Source of the DNA: Patescibacteria group bacterium
GTDB taxonomy: Bacteria; Patescibacteriota; Patescibacteriia; Magasanikbacterales; GWA2-37-8
Length of the DNA stretch: 64,000 bases
Direction of reading: 5' to 3'
Assembly: GCA_041649475.1 (NCBI GenBank)
Contig: JBAZNA010000001.1
Coordinates: 197,022 to 261,021 of the forward strand
Of this stretch, positions 35,393 to 45,291 are shown piece after piece. Within the stretch, counting starts at the first letter, position 1; each line of letters opens with the position of its first letter. The notes below the pieces were generated by a model. The model made no database searches. It saw only the letters and a list, made by a program, of their open reading frames with translations, and was not told the origin of the DNA. Position numbers and translations under genes: made by a program.

Positions 35393-36712
35393 ATGTTACA
35401 GGAGGGGTTAAAGAAAATTGCTGATTCCAAAAGCAAAATGTTTTTTATATTTTGCCTTTGTTTTATTATTGGGGTTGGTATTTTTACTTTTGACGTAAAG
35501 CCGCCCGACTCGCCCAAAAATATAAATTATTATAACGGCAGTCAAATGGAACTCACTGGCTATGTTTCCAGTGAACCGAATATTGGCCTAAGTAATACGC
35601 AATATATTTTAAAGACAAAAACAGGAAAAGTTCTGTTATCCGCGCCTCTTTACCCGCAGTATAATTACGGGGATGAATTGCAAGTAAAATGTATTTTGCA
35701 AGACACCAAAACATATTTGATCGCGCAAGGGGTGTGGTCAATATGCAATAGGCCAAAAATTTTATCAGTTTCAACCGGCACCGGCGGTTCAATTTTAATG
35801 AAAAAGATATTATGGTTTAAAGCAAAAATAAATAAGCAGTTAAATCAGTTGTGGCCCGAACCAGACAGCAGTTTTATGGCCGGATTATTATATGGCAGTA
35901 AAAGCGGCCTGCCTAAAGAACTTTCCGATAATTTTAGCCGCACCGGTGTGACTCACATTATCGCCGTGTCAGGGTTTAATATCAGTATTATTGTCAGTTT
36001 CCTGATGTCTATTTTGATTTTGATTGGATTATACAGACAGCAGGCCTTTTGGGTGGCCGTTTTTGGAATAATTTTATTTGTGATTTTTACCGGCGCCTCG
36101 GCTTCGGTGGTGCGGGCGGCAATTATGGGGATAATTGTTTTATTGAGCCAATATTTGGGCCGGCCGGCGCAGATAGGTAACACGTTGGTATTTACCGCCG
36201 CGCTCATGTCCGCCTTAAACCCTTATGTTTTGATTTGGGATGCCGGTTTTCAGTTGTCATTTTTAGCCACATTGGGTTTGATCTACTTATCGCCGATAGT
36301 TAATTCATATCTGACAAGATTAAAAATTCCTGAATTTATTCTGGAGAATCTCTCCACCACTTTGGCGGCCATTATTGCTACCCTGCCTTTGATTTTGTTT
36401 CAGTTCGGCCGGTTATCCATAGTGGCTCCGCTGGTAAATATCTTAATTTTATGGATAATACCCTGGCTGATGCTTTTTGGGTTTGTTTCTTTGGTCATAA
36501 GTTTTGTGGTTTTTCCTTTAGGACAGGTGGCGGCGTGGATAGCCGGATTGGGGTTGAATTATGTTATAATGGTAGTTAATTGGTTTGGCAATCAATCGTG
36601 GTCGGCCATTGATATACAAATTCCGTTTTGGGCCATGGTTTTGCTCTACATTTTAATTATTTATATTTATGTCAAAAAAAATAAAAGTGCTGTCGTCCGC
36701 AGAGGGGTATAA
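35393..36712 (+). CDS. ComEC/Rec2-family membrane protein (DUF4131 + competence domain, lacking the C-terminal lactamase domain)
   Basis: Competence domain signature FSRTGVTHIIAVSGFNISII and polytopic membrane topology. Confidence 0.7.
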   Translation: MLQEGLKKIADSKSKMFFIFCLCFIIGVGIFTFDVKPPDSPKNINYYNGSQMELTGYVSSEPNIGLSNTQYILKTKTGKVLLSAPLYPQYNYGDELQVKCILQDTKTYLIAQGVWSICNRPKILSVSTGTGGSILMKKILWFKAKINKQLNQLWPEPDSSFMAGLLYGSKSGLPKELSDNFSRTGVTHIIAVSGFNISIIVSFLMSILILIGLYRQQAFWVAVFGIILFVIFTGASASVVRAAIMGIIVLLSQYLGRPAQIGNTLVFTAALMSALNPYVLIWDAGFQLSFLATLGLIYLSPIVNSYLTRLKIPEFILENLSTTLAAIIATLPLILFQFGRLSIVAPLVNILILWIIPWLMLFGFVSLVISFVVFPLGQVAAWIAGLGLNYVIMVVNWFGNQSWSAIDIQIPFWAMVLLYILIIYIYVKKNKSAVVRRGV

Positions 36713-37280
36713 TTTAGCAGCCGATTATTACGATGAAAAGGAAAAATATTTAAACAGTTTTGAACAAGGCAAAATTTTGCCGATGCTTGGCGATGTGACC
36801 AATAAAAAGGTCTTGGATGTCGGCGCCGGCACCGGCCGCTTGGCGGTTTACCTGGCCAATAGGGGAGCCGAGGTCACGGCTTTAGATATTTCCGGAAAGA
36901 TGCTGGAAATGATTAAACGCAAACATAAAAAAATAGTCACCAAAATCGGGGATGCGGAAAATTTGCCGTTTAAAGATAGTTCCTTTGATATCGCGGTGGC
37001 GGCCTTTTTAATTGTGCATTTAAAAGATCCGAGGAGATTTTTTGATGAGGTCTATCGGGTTTTAAAAGATGACGGTATTTTTGTTGTCACCAATATCAAC
37101 CAGACAGACCCGCCCCTGGTTAAGACCAAGCAGGGAGAAATTATAATAGAATCCTTTTATCACCGGCCGGAAAAAATCAGGGAAATTCTGGAATCGCTGG
37201 CATTTAAGATAGAAAAGGAAACTTTTATAACACAAGGGGATGATGTTTGGATAAACCAAATTATAGTAGCAAGGAAATAG
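36669..37280 (+). CDS. class I SAM-dependent methyltransferase
   Basis: Motif I VLDVGAGTGRLAVYLA and post-I acidic residue (ALDIS). It overlaps the upstream ComEC-N gene by 44 nt. Confidence 0.7.
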   Translation: MSKKIKVLSSAEGYNLAADYYDEKEKYLNSFEQGKILPMLGDVTNKKVLDVGAGTGRLAVYLANRGAEVTALDISGKMLEMIKRKHKKIVTKIGDAENLPFKDSSFDIAVAAFLIVHLKDPRRFFDEVYRVLKDDGIFVVTNINQTDPPLVKTKQGEIIIESFYHRPEKIREILESLAFKIEKETFITQGDDVWINQIIVARK

Positions 37281-37296
37281 TTTACTTCATTGGCTT

Positions 37297-38148
37297 ATGA
37301 CAAAAAGGAGGGTTATTTTGTTTTTGTTTGTTATCCTGATAATGATTTTGGTCTTGTTTTTTTATATAAAACTTTCCCGATCCAATCCAAAATTCAGCGT
37401 CACTTTTTTCAACATCGGCCAAGGCGACGCGGCTTTGATTAAATTTAATAACGGTCAAAAAATGTTGGTTGATTGCGGTCCGGACAGAAAAATTTTAGCC
37501 AAACTCGGTGCGGTTCTGCCGTTTTATGACAAAACCATAGATTTTTTATTAATTTCTCATCCGGATGCCGACCATTACGGGGGTTGTGCTGATGTTTTGG
37601 ACAGATATGATGTTAAAAAAATTATTACCAATAGCACAAAAAAAGAAACGGACCCTTATTGGCGATATTTTGACCAAAAAGAAAAACAGGAGGGAGCAAA
37701 GATAAAAATTATGACCGGGCCGGAAGAATGGGTGATTGGTAGTTCAACTTTGGGGTTTTTAAATCCGGACAGCTCGCTCGCTTTGTCTGCCAAGGATGCA
37801 GAAGGGAACAATGCTTCAATTGTTTTTCGCCTGATTAATGACAATGAAAAATTTTTATTTACCGGCGATATGGAGGTTCCGCTTGAAGACGCGCTTGAAC
37901 AAAAGTATTGTTCATCAACCCCGCGTGATTGTCCAGCGCTTAAAGCCGATATTTTAAAAGTCGGCCATCATGGCAGTGATAGTTCTACCGGCCAGAAACT
38001 GCTAAGCGCCACAAATCCCAGAGAAACTATTGTGTCGGTTGGTCAGAACACCTTTGGCCATCCGTCTTTTCGGGTATTAAAAAAGCTGGAACGGGCCAAA
38101 ATAAAGGTGTTGCGCACTGACGAGATTGGTGATATATTTAAGTACTAG
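37297..38148 (+). CDS. membrane-anchored MBL-fold metallo-hydrolase (ComEC C-terminal lactamase-like domain as a separate protein)
   Basis: N-terminal transmembrane helix followed by a metallo-beta-lactamase signature (LISHPDADHYGG, VGHHGSD). Confidence 0.7.
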   Translation: MTKRRVILFLFVILIMILVLFFYIKLSRSNPKFSVTFFNIGQGDAALIKFNNGQKMLVDCGPDRKILAKLGAVLPFYDKTIDFLLISHPDADHYGGCADVLDRYDVKKIITNSTKKETDPYWRYFDQKEKQEGAKIKIMTGPEEWVIGSSTLGFLNPDSSLALSAKDAEGNNASIVFRLINDNEKFLFTGDMEVPLEDALEQKYCSSTPRDCPALKADILKVGHHGSDSSTGQKLLSATNPRETIVSVGQNTFGHPSFRVLKKLERAKIKVLRTDEIGDIFKY

Positions 38149-38154
38149 AGGTAT

Positions 38155-38796
38155 ATGAAAATTAAAAATGTCATTTGTATAATTTTTGTATCCACGTTGG
38201 TTTTTTTACCCAGTCGGCTTGTTTTTGCCGCCAGCACCTCAACTACACCGGTAACGGTTGATTTTGACAATGATGGTTTGGCAGATACCTTGGAGGTTGC
38301 CTTAGGTACTGATCTGCAAAATCCTGATACCGACAGTGATGGCTTTAAAGATGGTAATGAGGTATATAACGGGTTTAATCCTTTGGTGGGTAATAAAGAC
38401 CGGAGCATGCCGCGCAAAGTTGAAGTTGATTTGTCAAAACAGCAGTTGTATTATTATTTGAATGACGTCAAAATTGGTTCAATGCCGGTTTCTACGGGCT
38501 TGCCAAGAATGCCCACGCCAGTCGGAGATTTTAAGGTAATGCGCAAAGTAATGATTATAGATTATATTGGTCCGGGTTATAATCTGCCCAATACCAAGTG
38601 GAATATGGAATTTAAGAGGCATTTTTTCTTGCATGGCGCTTATTGGCATAATCAGTTTGGCATCAGGCCGATGAGCCATGGCTGTGTGAATATTGCCTAT
38701 AAAAATGCCCAAAAACTTTATGCTTTTGTAGATGCTGGCGATGCAGTTAAGATATATGGAAAAACACCCTTAGCAAGCGTTGCTTTAGCAAAATAG
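38155..38796 (+). CDS. L,D-transpeptidase (YkuD domain) with calcium-binding thrombospondin-type-3-like repeats
   Basis: Signal peptide, DxDxDG-type repeats (DFDNDGLADT, DTDSDGFKDG) and a catalytic HGC motif (SHGCVNI). Confidence 0.7.
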   Translation: MKIKNVICIIFVSTLVFLPSRLVFAASTSTTPVTVDFDNDGLADTLEVALGTDLQNPDTDSDGFKDGNEVYNGFNPLVGNKDRSMPRKVEVDLSKQQLYYYLNDVKIGSMPVSTGLPRMPTPVGDFKVMRKVMIIDYIGPGYNLPNTKWNMEFKRHFFLHGAYWHNQFGIRPMSHGCVNIAYKNAQKLYAFVDAGDAVKIYGKTPLASVALAK

Positions 38797-38842
38797 TTCC
38801 TTTTATGGTATAATATAGACGTTCTAAAATCGCATTTTCTCT

Positions 38843-39991
38843 ATGATCACTCACAGAGTAACAACTAAAGTGGCGCCGGAGCCGCCGGTACGTTTTTATC
38901 GCACCATTGCCATTTCTTTTTTAGTTATCACCCTCGCTCTTTTAGGAATTATTATTTTTTTTACCTCTAAAAGCGCCACGGTGGTGATTGTGGCTAAAAA
39001 TGACAACAAGAATATCAGTTTAAATGTTGATATCGGTTCAGATAATAGCAGCTTGTCTATTCCCGGTATTGTCACAACTACGGTTTTTTCCTGGAGTGAA
39101 AAATATTTTCCAACCGGCAGTGACGTGTCAGATGGCGTGGCCACGGGTAAAGCCATAATATACAATGAATCAAATATTTCTCAAACACTGGTAAAGACCA
39201 CCCGCCTCTTGACTTCTGCCGGCGTATTATTTAGATTATCAGAACGCGTTCTGGTTCCCGCGGGCGGCTCCGTGACAGCTGATGTTTATGCTGATCAAGC
39301 CGGCGCCAGCGGCGATATCGGGCCGAGCACCTTTACCGTTCCGGGTTTATCCGCGGACAGGCAGAAGTCAATTTATGCCAAGAGTACTTCAGCCATGAGC
39401 GGCGGAGTGAAGAAAGTTGGGATTCTAACCGATAATGATTTAAAAACAGCTGCCAAGGATTATGATGATAAAGTTGCCAAGGCGGTTAGCGAAGCCCTGG
39501 GGAACAGTCCGTATAATGCTTATGACGCAAAATTGGTCTCGGTAATTGATAAAAATGTTAAAGCCGATCATAAGGCCGGCGACGAAGTAAGTGAATTTAC
39601 TTTGTCCGGCACCAGTAGTGTGGCAGTGGTTTATTACAACAGAACATCTTTGCAAACGCTGGTGGAAAAATCCATCAAGGATAAAATTGATGTCACGACC
39701 GAGAGAATCCTGTCGGCCAGCAAAGATCCACAGGTCTCATTGGTTGATTACGACGTCAAAAAGAATGTCGCCCGGTTTTCCGTGTATCAGGATGTTTTAG
39801 TCACTTTGGATGCCAATGCCGATCGTCTGTCAGTCAGTAATTTTTTTGGAAAAAATAAAGATGATATTGAGAGATATGTTTTGAGTTTACCGCACGTGGT
39901 AGGGGTGGACGCGCAATTTTCACCGTCTTGGATGGGCAGCGCGCCGAGCGTGTCGGATAAGATAAAGGTGGTTGTAAAGAGCGTACAGTAG
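38843..39991 (+). CDS. hypothetical membrane-anchored protein
   Basis: 382 aa with an N-terminal transmembrane segment and no recognised domain. Confidence 0.45.
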   Translation: MITHRVTTKVAPEPPVRFYRTIAISFLVITLALLGIIIFFTSKSATVVIVAKNDNKNISLNVDIGSDNSSLSIPGIVTTTVFSWSEKYFPTGSDVSDGVATGKAIIYNESNISQTLVKTTRLLTSAGVLFRLSERVLVPAGGSVTADVYADQAGASGDIGPSTFTVPGLSADRQKSIYAKSTSAMSGGVKKVGILTDNDLKTAAKDYDDKVAKAVSEALGNSPYNAYDAKLVSVIDKNVKADHKAGDEVSEFTLSGTSSVAVVYYNRTSLQTLVEKSIKDKIDVTTERILSASKDPQVSLVDYDVKKNVARFSVYQDVLVTLDANADRLSVSNFFGKNKDDIERYVLSLPHVVGVDAQFSPSWMGSAPSVSDKIKVVVKSVQ

Positions 39992-39992
39992 T

Positions 39993-41795
39993 TTGATTAA
40001 TTATATGAATAATGAAAAATTGGAAATCATGAGGCATAGCTGCGCTCATTTGGTGGCGGCGGCTGTTTATGAGCTTTATCCGGACGCAAAGTTCGGCGTC
40101 GGGCCGGTGGTGGAAAACGGCTTTTATTATGATATAGATTTTAAGAAGCCAATCGGTGAAGCTGATTTGGAAAAGATTGAAGCCAAAGCCGGGGAATTGG
40201 CCAAAAAAGATCTAAAATTTGAACGCCAGGAGATGTCTCTTGATGAAGCGATTAAATTTTTCAAAAAAGAAAAACAGGATTATAAGGTTGAGCTTTTGCA
40301 GGATTTAAAAAAGCACGGCACCACCAACCTGAAAGACGTTGAAGAAATGAAAGATATGGATGTAAAAAATGTTTCTTTGTATAAAACTGGGGAGTTTGTT
40401 GATTTGTGCCGCGGACCGCACATCAAGTCCAGCAAGGAAATCGGCGCATTTAAAATCACCAAATTGGCCGGGGCTTATTGGCGCGGTAAAAATGAAAATC
40501 CGCAACTACAAAGAATTTACGGCGTTTGTTTTGCCAAAACATCCGAGCTTGAAGAGTATTTACACATGATGGAGGAGGCGGAGAAAAGAGATCACAGAAA
40601 GATTGGTCAGGAACAGAAATTATTTTTTATTGATGATTTAGTCGGCAAGGGCTTGATCATGTGGCAGCCGAATGGAACAATTATTAGAAATGAAATTGAA
40701 AAATTGGCGGTGGAAGAGGAAAACAAAGGCGGATACGTGCGCGTGGTGACTCCGCACATGGCCAAAGAGGAATTGTATTTAACTTCCAAACACTTGCCAT
40801 ATTACAAAGACAGCATGTATCCGGCCATGACAATGGATGACGGTGTGTATTATTTAAGAGGTATGAATTGTCCGCATCACCATTTGATTTACCGGCACGA
40901 AATGCGCAGCTATAGGGACTTGCCAATCAGAATTGCCGAGTATGGTACTGTTTATAGGAATGAATTGTCCGGAACTCTGGCTGGACTGCTTCGGGTGCGC
41001 GGATTGGCCATGAACGATGCTCATATTTATTGCCGCAAGGATCAAATCAAATCCGAATTTAAAGCCGTGATGGAGCTGACAATGAAATATTTTGACATTT
41101 TTGGGATGAATGACTATTGGTTCAGATTATCAAAATGGAGTCCAAAACATTTGGAAAAATATATCAATGAGCCGGCCAATTGGGAATATGCTCAAAATAT
41201 AATCAGGGAGGTCTTGGATGAAATGAAAGTTAAGTATGTTGAAATAGACGACGAAGCGGCATTTTATGGCCCGAAGGTGGATGTTCAATTAAAATCGGTA
41301 ATTGGCAGGGAAGAAACCATGTCAACCATTCAGCTGGATTTTGTTGCTAAGCAGAGATTTGGCTTGGCCTATACGGACGAGACCGGTAAAGAGAATAATG
41401 AGGTCTTTGTGATTCATCGCGCTCCACTTTCCACTCATGAAAGATTCATGGCGTTTTTAATAGAGCACTATGCCGGCAGTTGGCCGGTTTGGCTGTCTCC
41501 GGTTCAGGTTTTGCTGGCGCCGGTTTCAGAAAAACATGTTGACGGTGCAAAAAAGTTGGCCAAAGAATTGTTTGAAGTCGGAATTCGCGTAGAAATTGAT
41601 GATGCCAATGAAACGATTGGCAATAAAGTGCGCAAGGCCGTGGAACGGAAGATCCCATATATTGTGGTGGTGGGTGATAAAGAGTTGGGCGGGGAGGATT
41701 GGATGATTAGAGTGAGAGGACAGAAGGAGCAAGTGAAGATGTCAAAGGATGAATTTGTTAAAAAAGTAGCTGATGAAATAAGTAAAAGAAAGTAG
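39993..41795 (+). CDS. thrS: threonine--tRNA ligase
   Basis: 600 aa with an N-terminal editing-type region (HSCAHL), a class II core and a C-terminal anticodon-binding domain. Confidence 0.9.
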   Translation: MINYMNNEKLEIMRHSCAHLVAAAVYELYPDAKFGVGPVVENGFYYDIDFKKPIGEADLEKIEAKAGELAKKDLKFERQEMSLDEAIKFFKKEKQDYKVELLQDLKKHGTTNLKDVEEMKDMDVKNVSLYKTGEFVDLCRGPHIKSSKEIGAFKITKLAGAYWRGKNENPQLQRIYGVCFAKTSELEEYLHMMEEAEKRDHRKIGQEQKLFFIDDLVGKGLIMWQPNGTIIRNEIEKLAVEEENKGGYVRVVTPHMAKEELYLTSKHLPYYKDSMYPAMTMDDGVYYLRGMNCPHHHLIYRHEMRSYRDLPIRIAEYGTVYRNELSGTLAGLLRVRGLAMNDAHIYCRKDQIKSEFKAVMELTMKYFDIFGMNDYWFRLSKWSPKHLEKYINEPANWEYAQNIIREVLDEMKVKYVEIDDEAAFYGPKVDVQLKSVIGREETMSTIQLDFVAKQRFGLAYTDETGKENNEVFVIHRAPLSTHERFMAFLIEHYAGSWPVWLSPVQVLLAPVSEKHVDGAKKLAKELFEVGIRVEIDDANETIGNKVRKAVERKIPYIVVVGDKELGGEDWMIRVRGQKEQVKMSKDEFVKKVADEISKRK

Positions 41796-41805
41796 CTTTT
41801 AATAA

Positions 41806-41840
41806 AAAGAAAAAAGCACCCATTACCGGGTGTTTTTTTA
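41806..41840 (+). terminator. intrinsic terminator of thrS (gcacccattaccgggtg + T7)
   Basis: aaaaagcacccattaccgggtgttttttta. Confidence 0.65.
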
Positions 41841-41855
41841 TCCCCAGGTTTACCC

Positions 41856-41884
41856 TTGACCAATTGTCTTTTTTATGCTAAAGT
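41856..41884 (+). promoter_or_regulatory. sigma70-like promoter TTGACC -17- TAAAGT for cassette F
   Basis: ttgacc aattgtcttttttatgc taaagt, followed by the leader hairpin cctgccagagaaaggcagg and an AAGGAGG ribosome-binding site. Confidence 0.5.
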
Positions 41885-41931
41885 ATGTGGTTCCTGCCAG
41901 AGAAAGGCAGGTCAGAAAGGAGGCCTCTCGG

Positions 41932-42312
41932 ATGACACGGGTCATGAGTTTGATGGCTTTCTACGCGACTTATCGTCTCTTAAAGGTCGCGTACCGTGCG
42001 ACCGAGAGACAGCTTAGGCTATTCTTCGTCCCCAAGCCGGGGTGCGAGGGGGCCTACGAGGTGGATGAGCAAATCTTCGCCAAGGTTCGGACGCTCATCG
42101 TCAATTCCAGGTCGTTTCAGACCGAAATCTACCCGCTGAACGCCAGTGACGTGGGGGAAGATTTCCGCCTTGGCGACCAGGATTTCACCGGCTCGGTGAT
42201 GGTCTGGCTGAAGGAAGTAGATCCTTTAGACGCACTGTTTACCGACAGAATCAAGGAGGTTGTGTTCGGAGAGGAGAAAGAGTATCGCTTTCAGTGCGGT
42301 TCCCGCAACTAG
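41932..42312 (+). CDS. hypothetical protein, GC-rich cassette F (126 aa from MTRVMSL)
   Basis: Start chosen at the methionine 8 nt after the AAGGAGG ribosome-binding site. The ORF-track start at 41875 lies inside the leader. The coding sequence is GC-rich, and a GC hairpin follows the stop codon. Confidence 0.55.
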   Translation: MTRVMSLMAFYATYRLLKVAYRATERQLRLFFVPKPGCEGAYEVDEQIFAKVRTLIVNSRSFQTEIYPLNASDVGEDFRLGDQDFTGSVMVWLKEVDPLDALFTDRIKEVVFGEEKEYRFQCGSRN

Positions 42313-42406
42313 CATCTGGGCGCTCATCTTCACTCCTCTCCGGGCGCCTTTACTACTTGGACTCGGATTGGTATAATATATTTACTAAAATTTAATTTTA
42401 TATCAT

Positions 42407-42973
42407 ATGTTAAGCGAAGCATCAGCAAGAGCGGCAAAAGCCAGACAATTTCGCGCTAAAAATGCTGAAGTAACCGTACCTCATAGAGAGGCCGCCAGAA
42501 AACTTAAAGCCCAGATGAAGGAAGAAAAACAGGCAACAGCAAGAAATATGGTTCGTGAGGAAATTGAAACTTTGGCTGACAAATTGGAGGCGGAAGGAGA
42601 TAAAGCAATAAATGGAGTTTTAGGCACCATAATTGAAAATGGCGATGTTGATGATTTGGATGTTTTAAAAATGTTAGACGGTTTCTGTTATCTGAAAAGA
42701 ACAGAATTAGAACATGACAAAGTTGATAGAAGTATTTTGATGAGAGATGATACCTTGAGGGCGCAGGTGAAAAAAGCTTTAGAAAATTATAGCACCGGTG
42801 TTAAAAACCAAAAGAAAATTTTTGACGCCAGTGCGGGATTTGAAACCGGAAAGGAATACGCGCTTAAAGAAGGTGAAGACGCCATCAATGAACTTATGAG
42901 CCGGGCCCGTCAAAATATTGACGGTTTGATAACCGACAGAATCAACGAGATGGCTAACGAAGGAAAAAATTAA
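42407..42973 (+). CDS. hypothetical protein
   Basis: 188 aa, charged and helical, in host-like composition. Confidence 0.45.
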   Translation: MLSEASARAAKARQFRAKNAEVTVPHREAARKLKAQMKEEKQATARNMVREEIETLADKLEAEGDKAINGVLGTIIENGDVDDLDVLKMLDGFCYLKRTELEHDKVDRSILMRDDTLRAQVKKALENYSTGVKNQKKIFDASAGFETGKEYALKEGEDAINELMSRARQNIDGLITDRINEMANEGKN

Positions 42974-44259
42974 TGTCCGGTTTTTATCACATCACAACCT
43001 TCGGCTGTCAGATGAATAAAAATGACTCCGAGCGTCTTTCGGCTCTGTTAAATTCCCTTGGTTTACAAAACACAATTCGGCCGGAACAGGCCGATTTGTT
43101 GTTTATAAATACCTGCAGTGTCCGCCAGCATGCGGAAGACAGGGTGTTTGGCTTGGTGAGGGAATGGCAAAAATTACGGTCGGCCAAACCGAATTTGATT
43201 ATCGGCGTTACCGGCTGTATGCCGGGCAGAGACAAGGACGGAAAGCTGAAAGAAAAAATTCCGGGAGCGGATTTATTTTTTGGCATTGAAGAAATGGTGA
43301 TGTTGCCGAAATGGATCAGGGGATTAAATCCGGATTTGATTGCGCCAGCCAAGGGTTTAAGCGACTATCTTTTGATTAATCCGGTGAGAGAAAATAAAGC
43401 CAAGGCGTTTATTACGATTGCTACCGGCTGTAATAATTTTTGTACCTATTGCGTAGTGCCTTATGCGCGTGGCCGGGAAAAGAACAGGCCGGCTAAAGAT
43501 ATTTTAAATGAGATTAAGACCGCGGCTGTGGATGGCTGTAAAGAGGTAACTCTGCTGGGTCAGACCGTAAATAATTATAAAGATGGAGATTATGACTTTG
43601 TTGATTTGCTGGAGGATGTGAATAAAATTAGCGGGATTGAACGAATAAATTGGACGGCTCCGGATCCGCAGTATTTTAACGATCGTCAGATTGAGGCCTT
43701 AAAATTGCCCAAGCAAATGAATTATTTGCATTTACCAGCGCAAAGCGGGGATAATGAGATTTTAAGAAAAATGAATCGCAAATATACGCGTGAAGATTAT
43801 ATTAATTTGGTGAAAAAAATTCGCGCCGCTCGGCCGGAAATCGCTTTGGGCACTGATTTGATCGTTGGCTTTTGCGGAGAAACCGAAGAACAATTCCAAA
43901 ACACTTTGGATTTATATAAACAATGCGATTTTGATATTTCCTATCACGCCATGTATAGTTCAAGAAGCGGAACAGCCGCGGCCAAGGCGTTTAAAGATGA
44001 TGTGCTCCAGGAAGAAAAAAAGCGCCGTTGGCGCGCGGTTCAGGATTTGATGGAAGAAATTGTTTATCGGAAAAATCAAAAATATTTAAATCAGACAGTT
44101 TCGGTTTTGGTTGATTCGTGCGAAGAGGGGGTATGTAGCGGAAATTCCAGCGAGATGAAACTGGTTCAGTTTCCGGGCAATGAAGATTTAATTGGCCAGA
44201 TTATTGATGTTAAAATCACCAGGCCGGAGATGTGGGTGTTGAGAGGAGTGCTAGTTTAA
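42973..44259 (+). CDS. miaB: tRNA-i6A37 methylthiotransferase MiaB
   Basis: UPF0004 N-terminal domain (TFGCQMN), a radical-SAM CxxxCxxC motif (CNNFCTYC) and a TRAM domain, 428 aa. Confidence 0.85.
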   Translation: MSGFYHITTFGCQMNKNDSERLSALLNSLGLQNTIRPEQADLLFINTCSVRQHAEDRVFGLVREWQKLRSAKPNLIIGVTGCMPGRDKDGKLKEKIPGADLFFGIEEMVMLPKWIRGLNPDLIAPAKGLSDYLLINPVRENKAKAFITIATGCNNFCTYCVVPYARGREKNRPAKDILNEIKTAAVDGCKEVTLLGQTVNNYKDGDYDFVDLLEDVNKISGIERINWTAPDPQYFNDRQIEALKLPKQMNYLHLPAQSGDNEILRKMNRKYTREDYINLVKKIRAARPEIALGTDLIVGFCGETEEQFQNTLDLYKQCDFDISYHAMYSSRSGTAAAKAFKDDVLQEEKKRRWRAVQDLMEEIVYRKNQKYLNQTVSVLVDSCEEGVCSGNSSEMKLVQFPGNEDLIGQIIDVKITRPEMWVLRGVLV

Positions 44260-44286
44260 TTAGAATATTATTTGGTAGAGGGTACA

Positions 44287-45174
44287 CTAAAGTTTGATAC
44301 TTTTGAGAGATATTTTTAAATATAAATTTGAAGTCTTGTTTATTAAGAATTTTAATGTTTTGGGCAATACCCTGTCTAATAATGCAAGAAACGAGATAGT
44401 ATATATTAAGGTTAAAAAATTATTTTTAAGTATCGTGATTATAAAATTTGGTTTATAATCCATCTTCCAGAATATTATATAAAGAATAAAATGTAATATG
44501 CAGAAGAATGCTATTGGCCAGAATGGAGCTTTAAAACCAAGTAGATCCCATTTTTCTGGCTCACCGAATTGGTTATTACTTTCGGGCGAGTTATAAATTT
44601 TATCATTCTTCATAATCCTTGACCAAATATCAGTGAATTTGGTTCCAGATATTATAAGTAGTAACCATTGAAAGCAGTCAGATATAAATTTTATAATATC
44701 GGTTATAATTACCCTCCAAAATAATAATTTTAACCTAAGTTTAAAACCCTTTAGTGGCATGGTTGGTTTTGTATGAAGCAAGTATAGCTCGTCGAGTAAC
44801 ATATTTGCTGTTATTTCTTTATTTTTTTTATAAAATTTGTTCAAGATAACATCATAAAAATACTCATCATTTGAAGTAAAATCTATCGGGCCAGTAACTT
44901 TTTTTATTTTATCTTGGTTACTCAATGATATGTAAGATCCTTTGTCATCTTCTTTAAGTTTTCCATAGCTAACCCTTATGGATAGGGGTTTAATGTTGCC
45001 ATCCTTCAGTACATTTTCATTACTGATGTAAATATAGAATATTGATCCCCAATCGTCTGAACCCATTTTTCTAATTATACTAAAGCCAAATTTGCAATCT
45101 TTTAAAGGAGTGAGATTCAAAAATAATCCATTAGTTCCTATATTAAAATCTTTTATGAAATCTTGATTTTCCAT
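44287..45174 (-). CDS. hypothetical membrane protein encoded by an AT-rich insert between miaB and miaA
   Basis: 295 aa. The N-terminal half of about 190 aa is soluble and Lys/Asn/Ile-rich. The C-terminal part carries about three predicted transmembrane helices. GC is visibly lower than in the flanking genes. Confidence 0.5.
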   Translation of the reverse strand: MENQDFIKDFNIGTNGLFLNLTPLKDCKFGFSIIRKMGSDDWGSIFYIYISNENVLKDGNIKPLSIRVSYGKLKEDDKGSYISLSNQDKIKKVTGPIDFTSNDEYFYDVILNKFYKKNKEITANMLLDELYLLHTKPTMPLKGFKLRLKLLFWRVIITDIIKFISDCFQWLLLIISGTKFTDIWSRIMKNDKIYNSPESNNQFGEPEKWDLLGFKAPFWPIAFFCILHFILYIIFWKMDYKPNFIITILKNNFLTLIYTISFLALLDRVLPKTLKFLINKTSNLYLKISLKSIKL

Positions 45175-45291
45175 ATATAAATTTTATGTTAATAAATTGT
45201 AATCAATTTTTGCTTATTTCCATTAAAACTGCTAGAATGTTTAAAGTTATTCAGATTATATAGTAATTGTGTAGTTAAGTCAAAAATTCAC

